Shown: positions 8,415-15,809 of the stretch, one piece after another
Layout of the letters: the number at the start of each line of letters is the position of its first letter
How positions within the stretch are numbered: position 1 is the first letter of the stretch
Source: Gemmatimonadota bacterium
Lineage (GTDB): Bacteria; Gemmatimonadota; Gemmatimonadetes; Longimicrobiales; Gaopeijiaceae
DNA length: 32,000 nt
NCBI GenBank assembly: GCA_022823225.1
Contig: JAJDXM010000083.1
Span: 16,064 to 48,063, forward strand
Direction of reading: 5' to 3'
Made by a program: the position numbers and the translations under genes
The notes under the pieces: generated by a model
What the model was told of the DNA's origin: nothing
What the model saw: only the letters and a program-made list of their open reading frames with translations
Database searches by the model: none

Positions 8415-8882
8415 ATGGAATCGCAGGGGAAGATCCGAACGGGGCTCACGGCATTTGCCCTCGCCGCTCTGCCGCTCGCGCACGGCGCGTGCGCATCGTC
8501 TCCGGGGGGAGAGGGGGGTGGCAACGAGCCGATCACGATTCAGGTCGACAACATGACGAACCGGGTGGTCACCGTGGAGCGGGTCGTGGCCGCGGGTGCG
8601 GCCACCCAGCCCGTGACTGTGCGCGTCGGCCTGGTGCGCGGCGAGTCGCAGCAGACGCTGACGATTCCGTGGCATCCGTCCCGGATGGCTCACCAGCTCC
8701 TTTGGTTCGACGGACTGAACAGCCCCAACTACCGCGTCGAGGAATGCACGGGCCAGGGCACGACCGACTGCGCGGAAACGCGGGTGCTCCACCTGCCGCC
8801 CGGCGCCGAGGTGTCGCTGGTGATCGACACGCGCCTCGAGGTCACGATGTACTACCAGGTGCCCTCGGAAAGCGGCTACTAG
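8415..8882 (+). CDS. Small exported lipoprotein-like protein, unknown family (paralog B of the 573-1130 gene)
   Basis: ATG 8415 is preceded by ggaaggaagg. Signal peptide ...ALAALPLAHGAC. It has the same three conserved blocks and the same Cys pair as paralog A. The stop TAG (8880-8882) overlaps the stop of the convergent permease gene. Confidence 0.8.
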   Translation: MESQGKIRTGLTAFALAALPLAHGACASSPGGEGGGNEPITIQVDNMTNRVVTVERVVAAGAATQPVTVRVGLVRGESQQTLTIPWHPSRMAHQLLWFDGLNSPNYRVEECTGQGTTDCAETRVLHLPPGAEVSLVIDTRLEVTMYYQVPSESGY

Positions 8883-9688
8883 CAGTCCTGTGACTCCGTG
8901 TCAGGGCTCCTCGCCAGGCGGCGGAGTCCGAGCAGGGCGATCGCGGTCCAGAGCGCGAAGTGGTAGGCGACCATGCCGGTCGCGCCCCAGTCCCACGCGC
9001 CCGGACCCAGCCCGCGGATGAAGTCGCGGAATACCCCGGCCGGGAAGATCACGAACTGAAAGACCGCGCCGACCGCATCGATGTCGGCGAGCTCGCCCAG
9101 GACGCCGGCCAGTCCGCCCATCAGCCAGGAAAGCGCGTAGTACCCGAGCCCGAGCCAGGCGGCATGCCGGATGCCGAACGTCGCAAAGGCAAAGCTGATC
9201 GCACAGGCTGCGGCGCCCAGAAGGCAGACATGCACCATGGCGGCCAGGCCTGACATGAAGGGGGTGTCGCCCGTGAAGAAGCGCGCCGCCGAAGTCAGCC
9301 CCAGGATCAACATGAGGACGAGCGTAGCGAGCTGTACCCCACCATAGCGACTCAAATACGTGCCTCCCTCGTCTTCGCCTGTTGCGAAAAGCCTCTGCGG
9401 CATGGAAAAACCGAGGATCACGACCCCGAGAGTGAACAGGAACGCCAGGATACCGACGATGAACACCAATCCGGCACCGCGCGCCATCTGCCCCAGCTGC
9501 TCCGTCGGAATGTCCTCGGGGTCCGCTTCGGAGACCTGTTCTGCGGCACCCTGTACCTCTTCGAGCACTGCCGTGAGGTCGAAGGCGTAGACGCATACCG
9601 CCAGCAGCGCCCCGGCGAGAAAGACGCCCAGGGCGAGCTTCCATCTCCGTTGGATTGCCTCTTTGAGAGCTGTTTTCACGATCGACAT
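8879..9688 (-). CDS. ABC-2-type transporter permease, divergent copy (6 predicted TM)
   Basis: I chose the internal ATG at 9688 (MSIVKTALKE...), preceded by aaggag, rather than the ORF start at 9799. It is paralogous to the upstream permease: shared N-terminal RRRW+TM1, an acidic loop, and the C-terminal W.WGATGMV.YHFALWT..ALLGLRRL.R.P. Confidence 0.7.
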   Translation of the reverse strand: MSIVKTALKEAIQRRWKLALGVFLAGALLAVCVYAFDLTAVLEEVQGAAEQVSEADPEDIPTEQLGQMARGAGLVFIVGILAFLFTLGVVILGFSMPQRLFATGEDEGGTYLSRYGGVQLATLVLMLILGLTSAARFFTGDTPFMSGLAAMVHVCLLGAAACAISFAFATFGIRHAAWLGLGYYALSWLMGGLAGVLGELADIDAVGAVFQFVIFPAGVFRDFIRGLGPGAWDWGATGMVAYHFALWTAIALLGLRRLARSPDTESQDC

Positions 9689-9738
9689 TTGAGCTCCTTG
9701 TTCGGGTGGCGAAAGTGGGGCGGCTACGTGGACATCGT

Positions 9739-10593
9739 TCAGAGCATGACGGGCCGCCGCTCCAGACGGCGGAGTCCAAGCAGGGCGGCCCCGGTCCAAA
9801 GGGCAAAATGATACACGACCATTCCAGTGGCTCCCCAGTTCCAGTCCGTTCCGGATGCGAAGCCCGCGACGAAGTCATCGATCGGATTGTCCGGGAAGAT
9901 CAGGAACGGCAGGAGGTCCTTCACCCAGTCCGGCACCGGAGCGCCAAAACCGAAAGCGGGGTCGACGATGCTCCATGCAATGCTCGACGCGAAGACGTAG
10001 GCGATCGCGAAGAAGGCCGCGCGACGCAATCCCAGCGCAGTTATGGCGTAGCTCACCGCGCAGGCGAGCGCGCCAGTCAACAGAACCTGGGCGAACCGGC
10101 CCGGATCCGTCATGACCAACTGGTTCGGCACACCCGATGCAGGGTCGTTGCCCGGAAGCACCGCAACGATGACAACAAGCGCAAAGAGCACGTGTGCGGC
10201 GAGATTCACGCCCTGGATGCCCAGGTAGCGGTGAAGATAAAAGCGCGTCAGCGGCATCGGGTGCTGGGCCCAGAGCATGACCGCGCCGCTGCGCCGCTCG
10301 TTTGCGACGATTCCCCCCGGCAGGAGCACGGCGACCATCAGCGTGCCGACCTGGAAGAGGAAGCCAAGGACGCCCATCAGGAACAGGACTCCGGCGCCCC
10401 GCATCATTCCGCCTATCTGCTCCTCGCCCGGGGGCGCTTCCGACTCCGCGATCCCCTGGATCTCGTCCAGGATCCCCTGCACGTCATACGCCTTGCTCAC
10501 CACCACCAGCGCGACGCCGCAGAGGAACACGACCAGCAGAACCCTCCACCTGCGGCGCAGAACGTGGAGCAGCGTCTCCCTGGCGATGGTCAT
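9739..10593 (-). CDS. ABC-2-type transporter permease
   Basis: 284 aa, multi-TM. It contains the ABC-2 style segment IVANERRSGAVMLWAQHPMPLTRFYLHRYLG (E-R-x-x-G...P..R pattern). Its start ATG overlaps the ATPase stop (ATGA at 10590-10593), which implies translational coupling. Confidence 0.75.
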   Translation of the reverse strand: MTIARETLLHVLRRRWRVLLVVFLCGVALVVVSKAYDVQGILDEIQGIAESEAPPGEEQIGGMMRGAGVLFLMGVLGFLFQVGTLMVAVLLPGGIVANERRSGAVMLWAQHPMPLTRFYLHRYLGIQGVNLAAHVLFALVVIVAVLPGNDPASGVPNQLVMTDPGRFAQVLLTGALACAVSYAITALGLRRAAFFAIAYVFASSIAWSIVDPAFGFGAPVPDWVKDLLPFLIFPDNPIDDFVAGFASGTDWNWGATGMVVYHFALWTGAALLGLRRLERRPVML

Positions 10594-11303
10594 GAAACCG
10601 CTCCTTCCAGTCCGAGGAATTCCCCCTCCAGGAAGTCGCGCGTGAACCCGCCTTCGGGCGGCTGGACGACCCTGCCCTCCCCCTGGTCGATGAGGAGCAC
10701 GCTGTCGCTCATCATCGCCATCTCGCCGAGGTCGTGGCTGGCCACCAGGACGGTCATGCTGCCGCGAAGGGTCTCGATCCGCCTGCGCAGCCGGATCCGC
10801 TGCCCGGGATCGAGTCCCGATTCCGGCTCGTCCAGGATCAGCAGCTTCGTGGGGCGCATGAGCGCAACTGCGAGCGCCAGCCGGCGCCTCATCCCCTTCG
10901 AGAGCCCCTTGACGGGGACCTGGGTGTCGTAGTCGACGCCGGCCAGTTGCCGTGCGTTCTCGACATCGGCGTCGGGACCGGCGGCGGCCGCGGCCAGCGC
11001 CATGACCCCGTCACAGCTCCAGCCGTCCGGCATGGCGGTGTCATCCGCGAGGTAGCCGAGCCCGCGCCGGCGCCGATAGTCGGAAGGGGAGAGGCCGTCG
11101 ACGGAGGCGTCGCCCCCGAAGGGGTCCAGGATGCCGAGCAGCGTACGGAACAGCGTGGTCTTGCCGGAGCCGTTGGGGCCTACGATCGCGAGCACCTCGC
11201 CGGGCACCACATCGAGCGTGAGTCCCGTGAGGATCGGGCTACCCCTGCGGTATCCGATCGAGAGGTCGCGTAGCCGGACCTCGGCCGGTTGGGCGTCGTT
11301 CAT
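10590..11303 (-). CDS. ABC transporter ATP-binding protein
   Basis: Walker A GPNGSGKTT, signature LSKGMRRRL, Walker B LLILDEPESGLD, H-loop ASHD. Start taken at MNDAQPAEVRLRDLSIGY (ATG 11303) rather than the ORF start at 11348. Confidence 0.9.
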   Translation of the reverse strand: MNDAQPAEVRLRDLSIGYRRGSPILTGLTLDVVPGEVLAIVGPNGSGKTTLFRTLLGILDPFGGDASVDGLSPSDYRRRRGLGYLADDTAMPDGWSCDGVMALAAAAAGPDADVENARQLAGVDYDTQVPVKGLSKGMRRRLALAVALMRPTKLLILDEPESGLDPGQRIRLRRRIETLRGSMTVLVASHDLGEMAMMSDSVLLIDQGEGRVVQPPEGGFTRDFLEGEFLGLEGAVS

Positions 11304-11395
11304 GGGTGATTGCCTGGAGAGGTGGGGGTGAAGGGGTTGGTGCCTCATACGGTTCGGAAGCCGGAGAACGTCATGGCGGCGGACAATATACGTCG

Positions 11396-11559
11396 GTGGT
11401 GGCGCGGCCGCTGGCCGAACTGCGGACTCTGAACGGCCCGACGGCGGACATCTGCGCCATTATCTCCGAGATCGAGGCCGGGCGCTCGTGAGGGTCTTCG
11501 TCGACTCGAACATCCCGTTGCATGTGGCCGGCGCGGAGCATCCGAACCGCGGGCCCGCC
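11396..11559 (+). pseudogene. Degraded type II TA remnant: an antitoxin C-terminal tail overlapping by GTGA the first ~24 codons of a PIN (VapC) toxin
   Basis: VRVFVDSNIPLHVAGAEHPNR (from GTG 11488) matches the N-terminus MIFLDTSVFIHHVGRGHPLR of the intact PIN gene at 31611. After about 24 codons the frame becomes S/R/P-rich junk antisense to the 11595-12197 gene. The upstream frame ends ...AELRTLNGPTADICAIISEIEAGRS with a stop overlapping the toxin start, which is typical TA geometry. No plausible antitoxin N-terminus remains. Confidence 0.45.
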
Positions 11560-11594
11560 ACCCGGTCTCCGGAGAGCGCCGGCGGGCGGGCGGG

Positions 11595-12197
11595 CTACCG
11601 ATTCACGCGGACGTTGGCGGACATCCTGACCCAGAGCGCGGTCGGCCCGTCCTCGTTCTCCGCGGGCGAGAAGCTGGCCAGGGGGCCGATCCCCAGCAGA
11701 GCTTCGTCCAGGGCTTCGTACCCCGAACTCCGGTCGATCCGCTGCTGCTGCACGACGCCGGTCTCGTCCACCAGGAAGCGGGCGGTCGCTCCCGGGCCTG
11801 CCAGGCCTGGGGTGCCGGTCTCTTCGCCCCCGTACGGGATGTTCCCGAACAGCGCTCCCAGCACATCACTCCCGTTCAGCAGCTCGGGAGGCCGCGCCAG
11901 GGCGAGTTCCACATCGACCGGGCGTGGGCCGATCAACAGGACGCACAACTCTGGATGATCGGGGGCCGACTCCGAGGCTGCGGAAGGACCGACCAAGGCC
12001 CGCGCGGGGGAGCCCGTGTCCAGCAATTCCTGGCAGGCGCGAACGAAATCGTCGGGCCCGTCGAACATTCGAAGCCCGGTCACGGTGACACCCAAGCCCA
12101 CCGTGACGAGGACGAGGGTATGCAACAGCCAATTGCTCCTTCGAGATTCCTCGATTCCTTCCTGTTCCTCGGCGAAGTGACCTGACGGCGAAGGCAT
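11595..12197 (-). CDS. Membrane-anchored protein with a TonB C-terminal-like domain
   Basis: N-terminal TM WLLHTLVLVTVGLGVTVTGL. The C-terminal segment PYGGEETGTPGLAGPGATARFLVDETGVVQQQRIDRSSGYEALDEALLGIGPLASFSPAENEDGP fits the TonB_C pattern (G.a.v.f.vd..G.v....i..SsG...LD.aal......F.PA...G.P). There is no obvious proline-rich spacer. Confidence 0.55.
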   Translation of the reverse strand: MPSPSGHFAEEQEGIEESRRSNWLLHTLVLVTVGLGVTVTGLRMFDGPDDFVRACQELLDTGSPARALVGPSAASESAPDHPELCVLLIGPRPVDVELALARPPELLNGSDVLGALFGNIPYGGEETGTPGLAGPGATARFLVDETGVVQQQRIDRSSGYEALDEALLGIGPLASFSPAENEDGPTALWVRMSANVRVNR

Positions 12198-12286
12198 CTT
12201 CCCGCGGCATCGGTTCCGTCGCTTGCGCCCCGCTCCGGGGCCGGGTCAATTGCCCATTCCGCCGCGCTTCCGAACCCGAACCGAAA

Positions 12287-13663
12287 ATGGCCATGAAGAT
12301 TCCGACCGGCAAGCCGTCCGCCCGCGCTACTGCAACCGCCCACGTCCTCGCGGCCGCCGTGGCGCTCACCACCATCGCCGCGCCCGCCCACCTCCTCGCG
12401 CAGGAGGGCGGCCACATGATGCACGGGGACCATCACGATGGCGTCACGGTGCTGCGGGCCGCGCGCATGCTGGATGTCGTGACCGGCGAGATGCACACGG
12501 GCGCGGTCCTCGTCGTCGAGGACGGGATCATCACGGCGGTGAATCCGGAGACCGTCCCGCACGCGATGCACGACATGGACCTCGGCGACGTGACGCTCCT
12601 ACCCGGGTTCATCGACGCGCACACCCACCTGGCGAGCCAGATCAGCGCGACCTCGTTCACCGATGCGGTGATGCGGACCGAGGCCTACTACGCCATCAAC
12701 GCGGTGCGGTTCGGCGGCCTCACCGTGCGGGCCGGCTTCACCACGGTGCGCGACTTCGGCGGCGACGTGACGGTCGAACTCGGCCACGCGGTCGAACGCG
12801 GCGACATCCTCGGGCCCCGCGTGATCCCGTCGCGCAGCCCGCTCGGCATCACCGGCGGCCACTGCGACGTGACGGGGTTCGCGCCGGGGATCCGCGAGGG
12901 CGGCCCGGAAGAGGGCGTGGCCGACGGGCCCTGGGAGGTGGTCGAGGCGGTCCGCTACCAGATCAAGCACGGCGCGAAGGTGATCAAGACGTGCGCGACG
13001 GCGGGGGTGCTGTCGATGGAGGGGCCGGTCGGCGCCCAGCAGTACACGCTCGAGGAGCTCACCGCGATGGTGGACGAGGCCGCCCGGCACGGGGTCAAGG
13101 TCGCCGCCCACGCGCACGGCTCCGAGGGGATCCTGGCGGCGGTGCGGGCGGGGGTGGCGTCGATCGAGCACGGTTCGGTTCTCACCGACGAGATCATGGA
13201 CCTCATGATCGAGAAGGCGACCTACCTCGTCCCAACCACCTATCTCGCCGACCGGATCGACCTGGACGCGCTGCCGCCGCTGGTGCGCGCGAAGGCCGAG
13301 GAGATCCTGCCGGTCATGCGGGTGAGCCTGGAGCGGGCGATTGAGCGCGGCGTCCCGATCGCCTTCGGCACCGACGCGGGCGTCTTCCCCCACGGCGAGA
13401 ACGCGGGCGAATTCGGGATCTACGTCGCGCTGGGGATGAGCGAACTGGACGCGCTCCGCACCGCGACGATCCACGCCGCCGAGCTGCTCGGCACGCCCGA
13501 CCGCGGCCGCCTGGCCGAGGGGCTGCTTGCGGATGTCATCGCCGTGCCGGGGAACCCGCTCGACGACATCGCCGTGACGATGGACGTCCAGTTCGTGATG
13601 CAGGGTGGCCGGGTGGTGAAGCATGTGGTGGGCGGGCGCGACATGCACTCGACGGGACACTAG
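12287..13663 (+). CDS. Exported metal-dependent amidohydrolase (COG1228 / imidazolonepropionase-like superfamily)
   Basis: Signal peptide ...LTTIAAPAHLLAQ. Amidohydrolase motifs LLPGFIDAHTHL, KVIKTCATAG, VAAHAHG, IEHGS, FGTDAGV. A His-rich stretch HMMHGDHHD follows the signal peptide. Confidence 0.85.
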   Translation: MAMKIPTGKPSARATATAHVLAAAVALTTIAAPAHLLAQEGGHMMHGDHHDGVTVLRAARMLDVVTGEMHTGAVLVVEDGIITAVNPETVPHAMHDMDLGDVTLLPGFIDAHTHLASQISATSFTDAVMRTEAYYAINAVRFGGLTVRAGFTTVRDFGGDVTVELGHAVERGDILGPRVIPSRSPLGITGGHCDVTGFAPGIREGGPEEGVADGPWEVVEAVRYQIKHGAKVIKTCATAGVLSMEGPVGAQQYTLEELTAMVDEAARHGVKVAAHAHGSEGILAAVRAGVASIEHGSVLTDEIMDLMIEKATYLVPTTYLADRIDLDALPPLVRAKAEEILPVMRVSLERAIERGVPIAFGTDAGVFPHGENAGEFGIYVALGMSELDALRTATIHAAELLGTPDRGRLAEGLLADVIAVPGNPLDDIAVTMDVQFVMQGGRVVKHVVGGRDMHSTGH

Positions 13664-13669
13664 AGGCGG

Positions 13670-14902
13670 ATGGGCGCGGGGGTCTCCGACATGGGTTTCG
13701 GGCCCGCTACCGATGCCGGGCCTGCCGCCGGCCCCGGGCCGACCGGGTCGCCCGTGAACATCTCCCGCGACCAGCTGGCGACCGCCGTCCGCGCCCTCTG
13801 CGCCGACTTCGGCCATGACTACTGGCAGGCCGCCGACGAGGCGCGCGCCTACCCGCACGAGTTCGTCGAAGCGCTGACCGACGCCGGCTACCTGGCCTGC
13901 CTGATCCCGGAGGAGTACGGCGGGATGGGGTTCGGGGTGCGCGAGGCATGTGTGATCCTGGAGGAGATCAACCGTTCCGGCGGGAACGCGGCGGCCTGCC
14001 ATGCGCAGATGTACACGATGGGGACGCTGCTTCGGCACGGGTCGGCGCAGCAGAAGGCGCGCCATCTGCCCTCCATCGCCGCGGGTGAGCTGCGGCTGCA
14101 GGCGTTCGCGGTCACGGAGCCCGACGCCGGTTCCGACACCACCCGCATCCGCACCTTCGCCCGCAGGGAGGACGATCACTATGTCGTTTCGGGACAGAAG
14201 GTCTTCATTTCGCGGGTGCTCCAGTCCGATCTGATGATCCTGCTGGCGCGCACGACCCCGCTGGACGAGGTCGAGAAGCGCACGGCGGGCCTGTCCGTCT
14301 TCCTCGTAGATCTGCGCGACGCCGGGGACGCCGTCCGCGTCAACCCGATCGCCACGATGATCAACCACGAGAGCTGTGAGGTCTTCTTCGACGGGCTGAG
14401 AGTCCCGGCGGAGAACCGCATCGGCGAGGAGGGCAGGGGACTGCGTTACATCATGTCGGGGATGAACGCGGAACGGATCCTGCTGGCCTCCGAGTCGATC
14501 GGCGACGGCCTCTACTTCGTCGACCGCGCATCCGACTACGGGAGCGCCCGGCAGGTTTTCGGCCGTGAGATCGGCGCGAACCAGGGCGTCCAGTTCCCGA
14601 TCGCGGATGCCTACATGGACATCCGCGCCGCGGCGGCGGTGCGGGATGAGGCGGCCCGGGAGTACGACCGCGGCGAAACCCGCGGCGACGGCCCCAACAT
14701 GGCCAAGTACCTGGCGTCGCGGGCAGCCTGGAAGGCGGCCAACGTCGCCATGGACACCTTCGGCGGGTGGGGGATGGCGACCGAATACGGGGTCGAGCGC
14801 AAATTCCGCGAGGCGCGGCTGTACATGGTGGCGCCGGTGGCCAACAACCTGGTCCTGAGCCATGTGGCGACGCATGTGCTGGGGATGCCGAGGTCGTTCT
14901 GA
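13670..14902 (+). CDS. Acyl-CoA dehydrogenase family protein
   Basis: Typical ACAD features: IPEEYGGMG, AFAVTEPDAGSD, SGQKVFIS, GMNAERILLASESIG, FGGWG. The start may be 13670 or ATG 13691. Confidence 0.9.
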   Translation: MGAGVSDMGFGPATDAGPAAGPGPTGSPVNISRDQLATAVRALCADFGHDYWQAADEARAYPHEFVEALTDAGYLACLIPEEYGGMGFGVREACVILEEINRSGGNAAACHAQMYTMGTLLRHGSAQQKARHLPSIAAGELRLQAFAVTEPDAGSDTTRIRTFARREDDHYVVSGQKVFISRVLQSDLMILLARTTPLDEVEKRTAGLSVFLVDLRDAGDAVRVNPIATMINHESCEVFFDGLRVPAENRIGEEGRGLRYIMSGMNAERILLASESIGDGLYFVDRASDYGSARQVFGREIGANQGVQFPIADAYMDIRAAAAVRDEAAREYDRGETRGDGPNMAKYLASRAAWKAANVAMDTFGGWGMATEYGVERKFREARLYMVAPVANNLVLSHVATHVLGMPRSF

Positions 14903-14912
14903 GGGGGCGAGG

Positions 14913-15809
14913 GTGACGCATCCGAACATGCCGCCGCCCGGGAACGACGCGTTTCCCGCCTGCCGCTCGATCCTCTTCGTGCCGGGCGACCGCCCGGACC
15001 GATACGGCAAGGCGCTGGGTGCCGGCGCCGACGCGGTCTGCATCGACCTGGAGGACGCGGTGCCCCCCGGTCGAAAGGACCAGGCGAGGAGGTCGGTCGC
15101 ACGATTCCTGAACGAGCGGCCTGCCGGTTCCGCGAAGGGGTGGACAAAGGAAACTTCATCGCCGGCCCCGGTCATTGTGCGCGTCAACGACCCGGCAGGG
15201 GGGGAAGGGGAGCGCGACGCGATCGCTTTGGCCGATTGTCGGCCCCCCGACGCCTTCATGATCCCCAAGGTGAGGACCGCCGCGGATGTTCAAGTCGCCT
15301 CGCATGCCCTGCCCGCCGTGCCGCTGCTCACTCTGATCGAAACGGCGCGCGGGCTCGAAAGCGCGGTCGAAATCGCGGCTTGCGACGGCGTAGCGGGACT
15401 GGTCTTCGGCGGATTCGACCTGGCCATCGAGTTTGGGGCCGAACCCGGGTGGGAAGCACTCCTGTACGCGCGCTCCCGGGTCGTGCACGCGGCCGCGCTA
15501 GGCGGCGTCCCGTCCATCGACGTGCCTTCCCGGGACTTCGGCGAGATGGCCGTGCTGCGTGAGGAAGCCAGGCGTGCCCGCCACCTCGGATTCGCCGGCA
15601 AGGCGGCGATCCACCCGGCGCAGATCTCCGTGATTCATGAGATCTTCACGCCGTCGCCCGACGAGGTGCGTCGGGCCCGCGAGATCCTCGAGGCGGACCG
15701 GGCCGCAGGCGGAGGCGCGGTCGCGCTCGATGGCAAGATGGTGGATCGGCCGGTTGTCGAAGCGGCGCGCCGAATCATCCGGCGGGCGCGGACGCGCTCA
15801 ACCCCATGA
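14913..15809 (+). CDS. CitE-like (HpcH/HpaI/citrate-lyase beta family) acyl-CoA lyase
   Basis: SILFVPGDRPDRYGKALGAGADAVCIDLEDAV is the hallmark CitE N-terminal motif. The later GFAGKAAIHPAQI is also typical. The start is GTG 14913 (gaggggg upstream) or ATG 14928. Confidence 0.85.
   Translation: MTHPNMPPPGNDAFPACRSILFVPGDRPDRYGKALGAGADAVCIDLEDAVPPGRKDQARRSVARFLNERPAGSAKGWTKETSSPAPVIVRVNDPAGGEGERDAIALADCRPPDAFMIPKVRTAADVQVASHALPAVPLLTLIETARGLESAVEIAACDGVAGLVFGGFDLAIEFGAEPGWEALLYARSRVVHAAALGGVPSIDVPSRDFGEMAVLREEARRARHLGFAGKAAIHPAQISVIHEIFTPSPDEVRRAREILEADRAAGGGAVALDGKMVDRPVVEAARRIIRRARTRSTP

Noticed and set aside
11306-11958. ORFs 11306-11491 (61 aa) and 11488-11958 (156 aa) as intact genes.
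   Set aside because: The first would overlap the ABC ATPase start on the opposite strand, and only its last ~30 codons look protein-like. The second is PIN-like for only ~24 codons and then runs antisense through the TonB_C-like gene. Both are treated as pseudogene remnants instead.
12599-15268. An 889-aa ORF on the minus strand opposite the amidohydrolase, ACAD and CitE-like genes.
   Set aside because: It spans three well-supported plus-strand genes. Its junk composition (R/G/P/H/D-rich) has no motifs.
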